The notes: generated by a model not told the origin, from the sequence alone. A stretch of 61,168 nt of DNA, filler included, from 8 parts of 8 records of this genome joined end to end with filler, not necessarily neighbours in it; one strand, 5' to 3'; counted from the whole stretch's first letter, positions 30,688 to 40,035 are shown. A program made the numbers and translations.

Positions 30688-31524
30688 TTGAAAACCCTTT
30701 TTTCCCTCATCAAAATCGAACACACCCTCTTTGCACTGCCCCTTGCTTTTACCGGCGCGGTTTTAGGGTCCCGCGGACTGCCGCCGATCTTCGTGTTGCT
30801 CCTCATGGCGGTGGCATTCACCGCGGCCCGGGCCTCGGCCATGGCCTTCAACCGCATCGCCGACCGTCATCTGGACGCACAAAACCCGCGCACGGCCGAC
30901 CGGGAGATTCCGTCCGGGGCCTTATCCGTTTCCAGAGTCTGGGTGCTCATTATGGTGTCAATTGTGGTTTTCCTGGCGATATCATGGAGTATCAATCCCC
31001 TGTGCGGAAAACTGGCACCTTTCGCCCTTGCGGTGCTCCTGGGGTATTCCTACACCAAACGATTCACACACCTCTGCCACTACCTGCTCGGCCTGGCCCT
31101 GGGAATGGCCCCCGTGGCCGGTTGGATCGCCGTAACGGGCACATTCGCTCCGGCACCCATGGTTCTGGGTCTGGGCGTCATCTTCTGGACCGCGGGCTTT
31201 GATACCCTTTACGCCTGTCAGGACGTTGAATTTGATCGCACCATGGGGCTCCATTCCATCCCAGCCCGTTTCGGGACGAAAAAAGCGCTTAAAATAGCGG
31301 CCATAAGCCACGTGGCGGCGTTTTTATTCTTTATCATATCGGGCGCACTGGCATCTTTGGGGGTGGGGTTTTATCTCTTTTCATTCATCACGGGAGGTCT
31401 TTTGATCTGGGAACACCGGCTCATCACGCCCGATGATCTGACCCGCCTGGACATGGCCTTTTTCAAGGTCAACTCCATGGTTTCGGCAAGTCTTCTTCTG
31501 GCGGTCATTGCGGGTTTGTTTTAA
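30688..31524 (+). CDS. mqnP: UbiA-family prenyltransferase (menaquinone)
   Basis: IKIEHTLFALP, FNRIADRHLDAQNPRT, GFDTLYACQDVEFD. Confidence 0.88.
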   Translation: MKTLFSLIKIEHTLFALPLAFTGAVLGSRGLPPIFVLLLMAVAFTAARASAMAFNRIADRHLDAQNPRTADREIPSGALSVSRVWVLIMVSIVVFLAISWSINPLCGKLAPFALAVLLGYSYTKRFTHLCHYLLGLALGMAPVAGWIAVTGTFAPAPMVLGLGVIFWTAGFDTLYACQDVEFDRTMGLHSIPARFGTKKALKIAAISHVAAFLFFIISGALASLGVGFYLFSFITGGLLIWEHRLITPDDLTRLDMAFFKVNSMVSASLLLAVIAGLF

Positions 31525-31556
31525 TCAACGGGGTTTGCGCGGCACACCCCCATTCA

Positions 31557-31904
31557 TCAGGTCAAAGCCAAACTGATCTTCAGGGCAGCGTCAATATCTC
31601 TCATGACATCTCCGGAAAAACGGCCTCTTTTCTTCACAATCCTGGATTTATCCAGACTTTTTATTTGATCGCACTGGACCACGCTTTTCTTGCTCAAGCC
31701 TCCGGCGCCCTTTTCAACAGATACAATAACGGGGTAGAACCGTTTAATATGTTCTGCACCCCTTATGGGCGAAACGATCACCAGAGGACTATAGGCATTC
31801 CCGATATCATTTTGCACAACAACCGCCGGACGCGTCTTCCGAATTTCGTGTCCGCGAGCCGGGTTAAAAACGATATCGATGACGTCCCCTCTTTTTATCT
31901 CCAT
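31557..31904 (-). CDS. mazF: MazF/PemK-family endoribonuclease toxin
   Basis: RGDV..FNPARGHEIRKTRPAVVVQNDIGN..DQIKSLDKSR. Confidence 0.92.
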   Translation of the reverse strand: MEIKRGDVIDIVFNPARGHEIRKTRPAVVVQNDIGNAYSPLVIVSPIRGAEHIKRFYPVIVSVEKGAGGLSKKSVVQCDQIKSLDKSRIVKKRGRFSGDVMRDIDAALKISLALT

Positions 31905-32162
31905 CTAAATGCCGTCTCCGGAGGTAATATCCCACTCCTTGCTGCTCTCTTTGATAAACCCGTAATTGGCCACATACCCTTCCTTCATTGCCAATTCCAT
32001 TGCCTCCCGCTCTTTTACAGCCAGACCCTCGGCAATGAGCCTGCGAATCAATTCGCTCCTGCTGAAATTAACCTTGCGAGCCAATCTGTCCAACTTTTCA
32101 ATGATAATTCCGGACAATTCAATATTGATTCTCTTTTTTGTTTGAGTCAATGCCGTTGCCAT
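31905..32162 (-). CDS. Ribbon-helix-helix antitoxin (EndoAI/CopG-like)
   Basis: KRINIEL..LDRLA..SRSELIR, MKEGY; ATG 32162 after a G-rich RBS; abuts the toxin gene. Confidence 0.85.
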   Translation of the reverse strand: MATALTQTKKRINIELSGIIIEKLDRLARKVNFSRSELIRRLIAEGLAVKEREAMELAMKEGYVANYGFIKESSKEWDITSGDGI

Positions 32163-32285
32163 AACGCGCCCCCCTGCCCAAGCATGCATTTTTGATATAA
32201 GAAAAAGATACCAATAAAAGGTACCATTATCAAGCATAAAATCTCCAATGGGATTTCCATCATTTGGGCATTTTTTTATTATCCA

Positions 32286-33488
32286 TCAACGATGGGTCTC
32301 GGATACGAGACCTGCAAGCCTTCGAACACCTTCCTCAATTTGCGCGTCAGGCACATAACTGTAACTCAACCGCATGTGTTCGTTTCCGGTGCGATTGTGG
32401 TAAAATGCCGGCCCCGCGCCATACGCAACCGAGGCATCCTTGATGGATCTCGTCAAAAGTGCTTCAGCGTCCATCTCCTTCGGGAAGGTAACCCACGTAT
32501 AAAAACCGCCCCGGGGTTTTGTCCAGCGTGCGCTCCTCGGGAAATGTTTGCCCAGGGCGGCCAACATGACGTCCCTTTTCCGGCGGTAAATTTCAACGGC
32601 CCCGGCCGTCTGCCGTTCAATCAACCCTTTCCGGGCAAATGCCAAGGCCGCATATTGACCGATGGTGGAAGCACACTGGTCCTGCCCCTGCTTGGCCAAT
32701 GTCAGCGTCTCGATCAAGGGCCGGGGCGCCGTAACCCAGCCCATGCGCACGCCCGGGTTGAAAACCTTGGAAAAAGTGTTGATAAATATAACGTTTTCCG
32801 GGTCCAAAGATGCCAAAGTCGGCGGCGCCCTCCCCTCGAACCGTAGATCCCGGTATGCGGCATCTTCCACGATGGGCACGCCATATTCATCCGCCATTTC
32901 AACAATTTGTTTTCGGCGCTCTTCCGGTAGGGTAACGCCGGAGGGATTTTGAAATGAAGGCACCAGATAGATAAATTTGGGACGTAACCATCGGCCCTTT
33001 AGATGTTCCAGCATCGTTTTCAGGGCATCCGGCCGCATGCCGTCATCATCTAAAGGGACACCGGCAAAGCGGCCCTGATAGGTTCTGACCACATGCAGGG
33101 CGGCCAGGTATGAGGGCTCTCCCACAATGACCGTATCACCGGGATCCAGCAGAACTTTACAGATCAGGTCCAAAGCCGCAATGCCGCCCGTTGTGACCAG
33201 GCATTCCTCAAGGCCCGATGGCCTGCCCGCCGCCGTCATATGTTCCGCCAGCCACTCCCTGAAAGGGGCGATGCCGGCCACAGGGCCATAGCCCAAGGCG
33301 GCTTGTCCCCTTTTGGCGAGAACTTCTCCAAAGGTTTCCCTGATTTCCGCCATGAGAAAGACCGCCGGATCGGGAAGACCGCCGGCAAAGGAGATGACTT
33401 CGGGCCGTTCCGCCAGTTTCAACATACCGGCCACATCCGAATGTTCCATGGATTGAATGCGGCCGGAATAGATGCTTTTCCACTTCAT
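32286..33488 (-). CDS. PLP-dependent class I aminotransferase (LysN/Aro8-like)
   Basis: ISFAGGLPD, FQNPSG, EDAAY, TFSKVFNPGVRMGW. Confidence 0.9.
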   Translation of the reverse strand: MKWKSIYSGRIQSMEHSDVAGMLKLAERPEVISFAGGLPDPAVFLMAEIRETFGEVLAKRGQAALGYGPVAGIAPFREWLAEHMTAAGRPSGLEECLVTTGGIAALDLICKVLLDPGDTVIVGEPSYLAALHVVRTYQGRFAGVPLDDDGMRPDALKTMLEHLKGRWLRPKFIYLVPSFQNPSGVTLPEERRKQIVEMADEYGVPIVEDAAYRDLRFEGRAPPTLASLDPENVIFINTFSKVFNPGVRMGWVTAPRPLIETLTLAKQGQDQCASTIGQYAALAFARKGLIERQTAGAVEIYRRKRDVMLAALGKHFPRSARWTKPRGGFYTWVTFPKEMDAEALLTRSIKDASVAYGAGPAFYHNRTGNEHMRLSYSYVPDAQIEEGVRRLAGLVSETHR

Positions 33489-33549
33489 TTGATCCGTTCC
33501 TCAAGCTTGATATGGGCCACATGAACCTCCGCATTGGCGCATTTGATGA

Positions 33550-33951
33550 TCACCGGGCCCCGCTGTTGATCATTGAAACCTGATCATTAAGGGTCCACAG
33601 GTCATATAGATATCCGAGACCGAAAACGCCGCCTGTCAGCAGGTACACAATCCCGGACAACCATTTCCCCATATAAAAACGATGGATACCGAACAATCCG
33701 AGAAAGGTGAGGAGAATCCATGCAACGGTGTAATCGAGATCCCCTTCCTGGTATCTGAAATCCGCCTCTCGGTCCATTGACGGAATGAGAAAAAGATCGA
33801 TGATCCAGCCGATGAAAAAAAGCCCCAGGGTAAAAAACCAGATGGTCCCTGAAACCGGTTTGCCGTAATAGAACCGATGGGAGCCGGTGAAACCGAAGAT
33901 CCAGAGGATGTAGCCGATTGACTTGAGATGGGTATCGTTTGTGTGGTCCAT
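33550..33951 (-). CDS. TM2/NINE domain membrane protein (two TM2 repeats)
   Basis: GSHRFYYGK..WIIDLFLIP and GIHRFYMGK..LYDLWTL. Confidence 0.85.
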   Translation of the reverse strand: MDHTNDTHLKSIGYILWIFGFTGSHRFYYGKPVSGTIWFFTLGLFFIGWIIDLFLIPSMDREADFRYQEGDLDYTVAWILLTFLGLFGIHRFYMGKWLSGIVYLLTGGVFGLGYLYDLWTLNDQVSMINSGAR

Positions 33952-34030
33952 GAGTAGTGTTTCTCCCAAATCACTTGGATGTTTTCTATTGAACAGTGCT
34001 CATTTTTTCGCCATGTCCCGATGATACCGC

Positions 34031-34774
34031 TCAGTCCCGCCCCCCCGATCCAGGCTCATTTTCAAAGATATAGCCAACGGATCGAAGGCTTTTGAAATAG
34101 ACGGGTTTTTTGGGGTTTTCCTCAAAATACTTTCGAAACCGCACGATGAAATTATCCACGGTACGGGTGGTGGTTCCCTTTTCGTATCCCCAGCCGATCT
34201 TCAGAAGTTCGCTTCTTGAAAGGGGCTTTCCCCGATGGGCGATGAAAATATTTAAAAGTCTGGCCTCCTGATCGGTCAGGTTGATCCGACCGGATGGGCC
34301 ATGGGCCATCAAGGTTTCAAAATCAATGCGGTTAAGGCCGAATTTGTAAACCCGACGGCCCGGTGGGAAGCCATCCCCATTCAAATTCGGCTCCCCACGG
34401 GACCAGGTTCCCCGGGTCAACAGTCGCTCCACCCGAAGTAAGAACTCCTCCAGGTTAAATGGCTTGGCAAGGTAATCGTCCACACCGCATGAAAAACCTT
34501 TTATCTTGTCATCGGAATCTCCTTTGGCCGACAGAATCAAAACCGGAACCCGTTCGTCTTCTTGCCGGATATGCCGCAGTACCGACAGCCCGTCAAGCTC
34601 CGGGAGCATGATGTCCAGCACGATCAGTTCCGGCTGCCATTTTTTCCATTCTTGGAGGGCTGAAACACCGTCCGCCGCCACCCTCACATCATATCCCTTA
34701 AGGGTCAGGTTCAGCTTCAAACCTTCCGCCAGGTGGGCCTCGTCTTCCACCACCAGGATCCTTTTTTTGCCCAT
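34031..34774 (-). CDS. OmpR/PhoB-family response regulator
   Basis: VVEDE, LDIMLP, KPF, winged-helix TRTVDNFIVR..RSVGY. Confidence 0.93.
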   Translation of the reverse strand: MGKKRILVVEDEAHLAEGLKLNLTLKGYDVRVAADGVSALQEWKKWQPELIVLDIMLPELDGLSVLRHIRQEDERVPVLILSAKGDSDDKIKGFSCGVDDYLAKPFNLEEFLLRVERLLTRGTWSRGEPNLNGDGFPPGRRVYKFGLNRIDFETLMAHGPSGRINLTDQEARLLNIFIAHRGKPLSRSELLKIGWGYEKGTTTRTVDNFIVRFRKYFEENPKKPVYFKSLRSVGYIFENEPGSGGRD

Positions 34775-34782
34775 ATTCTCAC

Positions 34783-35802
34783 CTATACCAGTCGTTTAAA
34801 CCCCACCTTAGGCGGTTTTGAAGGCAACATCACCTTGAAAACGGATCCCTTACCGCCTTCCTTTGATTCGGCCGTCACTCTTCCCTTATGAATGCGGGCG
34901 ATGCTCTCAACCAGATACAGGCCGAGTCCGGTCCCTTTGGCCGACATGTCGTCGGACCGGCCGATCTGATAAAATTTCTTGAAAATCTTCTTGATTTCAT
35001 GCTTTGGAATGCCCATGCCGTTATCTTCAAAACGGATGCACAGTTCCCTGCCGGTTCGTTCAAAGTAAACATCCAATGTCGGAACCTCCGATTCATTATA
35101 TTTGACCGCATTGGTGAACAGATTCATCAAAAGCACCTCAAATAAAGAGCGATTGATGAGATATGAAAAAGAGTTGCCGGAAGAATGATGTATATGGATT
35201 TCACAATTCCCGAACAGGTGCCGGTTCTTTTCGTAAAAATGCGCAACCACTTCCACCAGATCTTCGGTAACGAATTTTCCGCCATAGGTCTTGCTCTCAA
35301 CTTTGGCCAGATTGAGGATCCGGTTGATATTGTTGGAGAGTCGGTCTGCATCCTGAACCATATAACCGATATACTTGAGCTGATCTTCCCGGGGAAATTC
35401 ATATTTATGAAATGTCTCCAGGTACAGTTTTAAAGAGGTGACCGGGGTCTTTAGTTCGTGGGTGAAATTGTTGATGAAGTTTCGCTGAAGCCGGTATAGC
35501 TGCAATGTCTTCTGGTTGTAGACGAAGATGATGAATAACCCCAACAGAATGATCCCCACAAGGATGGAAAGCACCAGAATCACCACCCAGGTCTGTGAAG
35601 CCAGCACTTGATCGGGATCCAGGTTGGCCTTTTCGATGACATTTTTCAGACCCGCGCTCACTTCCACATACCAGTAGATATACAATAAAAGGGACAAGAC
35701 CACGGCCCCGATAGAGAAGATAAATATGAGGATGGGGTGGAGAAACCACTTGGATTGTTTAATGGGTGAATCCATAAGGTTTGTAAAACTTTTGTAAAAC
35801 AT
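34783..35802 (-). CDS. Sensor histidine kinase (2 TM + HisKA + HATPase); start may be about 35775
   Basis: THELKTP, NAVKY, DNGMG, GTGLGL. Confidence 0.92.
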   Translation of the reverse strand: MFYKSFTNLMDSPIKQSKWFLHPILIFIFSIGAVVLSLLLYIYWYVEVSAGLKNVIEKANLDPDQVLASQTWVVILVLSILVGIILLGLFIIFVYNQKTLQLYRLQRNFINNFTHELKTPVTSLKLYLETFHKYEFPREDQLKYIGYMVQDADRLSNNINRILNLAKVESKTYGGKFVTEDLVEVVAHFYEKNRHLFGNCEIHIHHSSGNSFSYLINRSLFEVLLMNLFTNAVKYNESEVPTLDVYFERTGRELCIRFEDNGMGIPKHEIKKIFKKFYQIGRSDDMSAKGTGLGLYLVESIARIHKGRVTAESKEGGKGSVFKVMLPSKPPKVGFKRLV

Positions 35803-36021
35803 ATCCGGAGGTCTTTAACCTTTCTCTTCATTGTACTAGCGTAGTGAAATTACTTCAACCGACAAAAACCTAATCTACAAAGATGGAGATAAATGATGAT
35901 GCAAACACAGCCTGTTCACAGGCTTGGAAGCCGGGCAACGGTACTATTGTCAAGCGTTTTTGGGCCTTATGCCCAAAACGACGTCTACGGAAGCCGCAAG
36001 ATCAACCCCATGGAGCTTTAT

Positions 36022-36121
36022 NNNNNNNNNNNNNNNNNNNNNNNNNNNNNNNNNNNNNNNNNNNNTTAATTAATTAANNNNNNNNNNNNNNNNNNNNNNN
36101 NNNNNNNNNNNNNNNNNNNNN
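36022..36121. other. Artificial contig linker
   Basis: N run-TTAATTAATTAA-N run. Confidence 0.98.
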
Positions 36122-36380
36122 CTGCGCCCCATACGGGTGAACACCCGAATGCCCCCAGGGATATGCGGCGGCTGTTTTCGTCAGAATTTCAGAACCTGTG
36201 CTGGACAGGGATATGTACCTGGTTTCATGATTGGATCTTACCGGAAACCTGATGATGTCGGCCCTTGGATTGATCGATCAGGTATCTGGGATCAATATCA
36301 TTAAAGTCATCATGTTATCCGGCTATAAATCGGACGGGTTGGTCGGATATCATTACAAATGTGGAGATATCTGAATCCGT

Positions 36381-36431
36381 ATATCATGCATATCATGCGG
36401 CTAAACGGAACCATTCAACCACATGTTCGGC
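36381..36431 (+). mobile_element. attI-like integron recombination site
   Basis: ATTCAAC (RYYYAAC, 36413-36419), 5 bp, GTTCGGC (36425-36431); tandem ATATCATGC repeats at 36381-36398. No integrase is visible on the contig. Confidence 0.55.
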
Positions 36432-36479
36432 TACAAGAACAAACTGTATCGGAAAGCTCAATAGAAAGGGAAAAATAAG

Positions 36480-36941
36480 GTGATAGAATATATCACAGCC
36501 ATTTCATCTATGATAACTGCAGGGGTAGCCATTTGGCTTTTTTTTTATGGTCGACACCAGCGACGTTTCGATATTATGGAGCAGTCGTTCGATGTACTGC
36601 AACGGATAAACGAAAAAGCACTTGAAAATGATCAAAATGTCTTAGCTGCAGTTCTATCTGCTAATCCTGAAGATAAGATGAGCGCCGATGATGCAAGAAT
36701 AATTTATTTTCATTATATGAGGATAAACCGTATATTTAGAGCCTATGAATATCACCTTGGTGGATTCATTTCTTATAGGCAACGCGATCGTATTGCTCGA
36801 CCACAAATACGAACACTTGTTTCCGTTAAAGACAAGCTACCTGCAATAATACAAAGAGGATATCCAGAAGATTATTTACACTATTTAATGACTGAACTTG
36901 GTAAAGAGAAACTGCCTGATAAGATGAATCAGAGCGAATAA
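36480..36941 (+). CDS. Hypothetical cassette protein with N-terminal TM helix
   Basis: GTG start after AAGG; bounded by GTTCGGC and GCCGAAC; no family recognised. Confidence 0.7.
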   Translation: MIEYITAISSMITAGVAIWLFFYGRHQRRFDIMEQSFDVLQRINEKALENDQNVLAAVLSANPEDKMSADDARIIYFHYMRINRIFRAYEYHLGGFISYRQRDRIARPQIRTLVSVKDKLPAIIQRGYPEDYLHYLMTELGKEKLPDKMNQSE

Positions 36942-36945
36942 ATAA

Positions 36946-37007
36946 GCCGAACCTTTTGCTTTCACAGCGACGGCAAAAAACCGCCGCACGCGAAGCATAC
37001 TTTCACT
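36946..37007 (+). mobile_element. attC-like site (right core degenerate)
   Basis: GCCGAAC 4 nt after the stop is the exact reverse complement of GTTCGGC at the cassette start; imperfect arms GCTTTCAC..CGGC / GCCG..GCGAAGC; the expected GTT is missing. Confidence 0.7.
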
Positions 37008-37024
37008 AAAGCTTAGAGGGAAAA

Positions 37025-37573
37025 ATGAATCAAATTGATTTATTACAAAGACTTTATTTGAAATTGCCTGAAGTTCAAACTTGGATAGAGAAAACTATAG
37101 ATGCTAATGAACATCGAGCAATATCTGTAATAGACCTTTCATTTCCAAAATTAAATAAGGTGTTTCCAGAAGAGATACTTTCTCAATCGAAGGTGGTATT
37201 CACTAAAAGAAAAGTTCCTTTCCCTTCTCTTAGCAGTATGGGCATGCCCGAATTTTCTGCGACGGAAAATATGCAAATGGCGGGTATTACATATAAAGAT
37301 ACTTTTTTTGTAAAAGAAGAATATAAAAGTGAGAGCCTTTGTTTTCATGAGATGGTTCATATTGTTCAGTGGGAAAGGCTCGGAGTGAATAATTTTTTGT
37401 TGGCTTATGGGGTAGGATTGGTTCAATTTGGCTATGCAGGCAGCCCATTGGAAAAAATGGCTTATTCGTTACAAAAAGATTTTGAATGCTCAATAGTTTC
37501 CAATAATGTTATCAAGACAATACAAGAACAAACAGATGAGATTTGGAGTTCAGTTGCATCATTTTTCAGTTAA
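37025..37573 (+). CDS. HExxH zincin-like protein (DUF4157-like)
   Basis: AGITY..FF, FHEMVHIVQW, GY..SPLEKMAY; RBS GAGGG. Confidence 0.7.
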   Translation: MNQIDLLQRLYLKLPEVQTWIEKTIDANEHRAISVIDLSFPKLNKVFPEEILSQSKVVFTKRKVPFPSLSSMGMPEFSATENMQMAGITYKDTFFVKEEYKSESLCFHEMVHIVQWERLGVNNFLLAYGVGLVQFGYAGSPLEKMAYSLQKDFECSIVSNNVIKTIQEQTDEIWSSVASFFS

Positions 37574-37640
37574 GTTTGAGAGAGAATTCGTTAAGAGTAG
37601 GCAATCTTGAAGAAAAGACCACAGAGACTAAGGTGATAGG

Positions 37641-38513
37641 ATGAAAAATATTAATGGAAATTGGTCAGGGAGAATTACTGGTACTAATGCTGGTAATGTA
37701 TTTATTGAATTGCAACAAAACGATTCAAAACTTAATGGAATAGCAAGAATTAATGACACAACATTTGGAGTGGTTGTCTACAATTTTTCAGGAGAATTAA
37801 ACGATAATTCTATTTCTATTAATTTATTGCCGGATGGAAGCTCTTTGAATCAAACAGTGATGCAAGAAATTCTTGTAAATAACCAACCCGTCAAGATTCA
37901 AGCCCCAGTAATCAACTATGGGAATGTTAAACTCAATGGAAATCTTATAAATGAGAATACTATTGAAGGGACATGGCAATCAACAATAGGTACAGGCGGA
38001 AATATTTTTTTAACTCATCAGAGAACAAGTTCTTTAAATAAAAATCATGGAACAAATAAAGACAAAAAACAAAAAATGATTTTTATCAGTTACAGCCATG
38101 AAGATAAAGATCATTTAAAGAGATTACATGTCCATTTAAAACCACTACAAAAGAATGGATTGGTAAATGTGTGGGATGATACAAAAATTCAAGCAGGTCA
38201 AAAGTGGAAGGAAGAAATAGAGCTTGCATTATCTAAAGCTGCAATCGCAATTTTAATAATTAGTGCCGATTTTTTAGCATCAGATTTTATCATTGATAAT
38301 GAGCTTCCTCCAATATTACAGAAAGCTGAATTAGATGGGACGCGAATACTGCCTGTTATTCTTAAACCTTGCAGATTTTCGAGAGAAAAAAATTTGTCCC
38401 AGTTCCAAGCCTTGAATTCTCCAGATAAACCTATGCTTGCGATATCTGAGATAGAGCAAGAAGCAATCTGGGATAAATTATCGAATATAATTGAAACAGA
38501 GATAAATAGATAA
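37641..38513 (+). CDS. TIR-domain protein with N-terminal beta-rich domain
   Basis: C-terminal TIR: IFISYSHED, VWDDTKIQAGQKW, ISADFLASDFI..NEL (Glu at the catalytic position); N-terminal ~130 aa with GNWSG / GTWQS strands. Confidence 0.88.
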   Translation: MKNINGNWSGRITGTNAGNVFIELQQNDSKLNGIARINDTTFGVVVYNFSGELNDNSISINLLPDGSSLNQTVMQEILVNNQPVKIQAPVINYGNVKLNGNLINENTIEGTWQSTIGTGGNIFLTHQRTSSLNKNHGTNKDKKQKMIFISYSHEDKDHLKRLHVHLKPLQKNGLVNVWDDTKIQAGQKWKEEIELALSKAAIAILIISADFLASDFIIDNELPPILQKAELDGTRILPVILKPCRFSREKNLSQFQALNSPDKPMLAISEIEQEAIWDKLSNIIETEINR

Positions 38514-38572
38514 TGAACGGAGATTCTACCCAAAAAAAACTGGAGAGTAAATTAAGCCATTTTGGGACATAT

Positions 38573-38623
38573 TTCCAAGCCAGCAAAATGCACCGGACGA
38601 GCTGGTGATTTGCAGTGTTATAT
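38573..38623 (+). mobile_element. attC-like site
   Basis: GCAAAATGCACCGG / GCTGGTGATTTGC imperfect arms with an unpaired G, ending in GTTATAT (38617-38623); left core degenerate (TTCCAAG). Confidence 0.65.
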
Positions 38624-38642
38624 TCCGAAAAAAAGGATCTAT

Positions 38643-38758
38643 ATGACTAAAAACAATTTCAGACAATTCAACCCAATAGTCTGGAAACGGAAGAGCAAAA
38701 GCTTTTTATTAAAGTGTTGCTTAATATTCGAGGAGAAGTCAGGAATGACCAGTGGAAC
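38643..38758 (+). pseudogene. Possible frameshifted, truncated remnant of a cassette gene
   Basis: AAGGA RBS and ATG 19 nt after the attC; adding one A to the A run gives MTKKQFQTIQPNSLETEEQKLFIKVLLNIRGEVRNDQWN up to the inverted repeat. Confidence 0.3.
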
Positions 38759-38824
38759 TTGGTGTCAGGTCTTAAAATATATGCCTTTCAGTTTTATAGG
38801 TGATAGTTCAAGACCTGCCTCCAA
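38759..38824. repeat. Inverted-repeat pair of the GGGTCAGGTCTTG..CAAGACCTGACCC REP/REPIN-like class
   Basis: TTGGTGTCAGGTCTTAAA (38759-38776) versus TTCAAGACCTGCCTCCAA (38807-38824): 15/18 complementary, 30-bp spacer. Confidence 0.6.
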
Positions 38825-38850
38825 TTTTCCATACAAGGCCAATTAGAAAC

Positions 38851-40035
38851 ATGATTCTTAAATGCGAAAAATGTCAGACTTCTTTTTCTTTCGACAATAA
38901 CAAATTAGGTACAGTATCTATAAAAGTTCGGTGCTCAGTTTGTAGAACTATATATTATCTCGATCTCACCTCACTGAGGACCAAGGAAAAGAAAACAAAG
39001 GATTGCGCAACAGCAGTTATAGATAATAATCAATATTCGGGTGACTATGCTTACTATACCGAAACTGAAGAAGAGGTTCTCGGCCGGAGACAGTATTTTG
39101 AATTTCGTGATGATTCGATGTTTCGTTCTTCAAAACGAGTTGATCCTATCAGTGATGAACATCAGGATGTTGGGATTGATCAAGTTCAAGCAGAGTACGA
39201 TGGAAATGAGCAGCCATTCCTGAAAAAGAAGGCTGAGCAAGACTTCAAATCAAGAAAGGTTAATGACAAAGCTGACAGCGACGAATTTCTTTCTAATGAC
39301 AGTTTTTATCCCGTCCCAGAGTTTGAAGTTGATGATGATTTCTCTCTGTTCTATAGCGACCACAGTGATAATGTGGCGACGGATAAAGATCACTATAACC
39401 TTGGGAACGAGTCATATGAATGGTTTATAGATGGCTTAGATCCTTATCAGGAAGGGCTCTCAAATGAGGATGTCTGGGAGGTCGAAACTGATGCTGACGT
39501 TCCTGAGGAAGAAAGAGCTTATCAGATAGCGGAGTCGACGTGTCAACTTATGCATTGGACAGGGAAGAATAAAATTGACCTACTCGCTAAAATCTTTATT
39601 GAAAACGGGTGGTCTTTAAACAGAACCCGGCTACTTAAAGAGATCAAGGCAGGAATGACTTATGAAATGGTCAAACTCGCGGTAAAAATCAGGGCACTGT
39701 GGAATAAACATGCTGAATTCAAAACTGGCTATTATAAGGGTTGGATAAGTGACGTTCATACGAATGTTGAATGGCATTTTTGTCATACCCTTATTTCAAG
39801 TTATAGTTCGTTGCCCAGTGAAGATGAAATCGAATCCTACTTGTTAGATTTGTTTGATGGCTGGTATTGTTCAGATCTATTGCAAAAATTATTTCTGACA
39901 TTCTATGATTATATTAACTATAGGACCACAAGTGGCATCCCTTTCGATATGATTCCGGATATCCCGTTCGAGGAGAACCCAAGCAAAACGTTCCTTTATT
40001 ACACTAATCCCAATCACAGCTTTTTGGAGTTTTAG
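38851..40035 (+). CDS. Hypothetical protein: MJ0042-type zinc ribbon, acidic linker, uncharacterised Trp-rich helical domain
   Basis: MILKCEKCQTSF..KVRCSVC; D/E-rich middle; stop directly abuts the helicase ATG. Confidence 0.75.
   Translation: MILKCEKCQTSFSFDNNKLGTVSIKVRCSVCRTIYYLDLTSLRTKEKKTKDCATAVIDNNQYSGDYAYYTETEEEVLGRRQYFEFRDDSMFRSSKRVDPISDEHQDVGIDQVQAEYDGNEQPFLKKKAEQDFKSRKVNDKADSDEFLSNDSFYPVPEFEVDDDFSLFYSDHSDNVATDKDHYNLGNESYEWFIDGLDPYQEGLSNEDVWEVETDADVPEEERAYQIAESTCQLMHWTGKNKIDLLAKIFIENGWSLNRTRLLKEIKAGMTYEMVKLAVKIRALWNKHAEFKTGYYKGWISDVHTNVEWHFCHTLISSYSSLPSEDEIESYLLDLFDGWYCSDLLQKLFLTFYDYINYRTTSGIPFDMIPDIPFEENPSKTFLYYTNPNHSFLEF

Noticed and set aside
36122-36380. Possible integrase (intI) start upstream of the attI-like site
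   Set aside because: The minus-strand ATG checked gives only MKPGTYPCPAQVLKF*, and no tyrosine-recombinase motif is visible.
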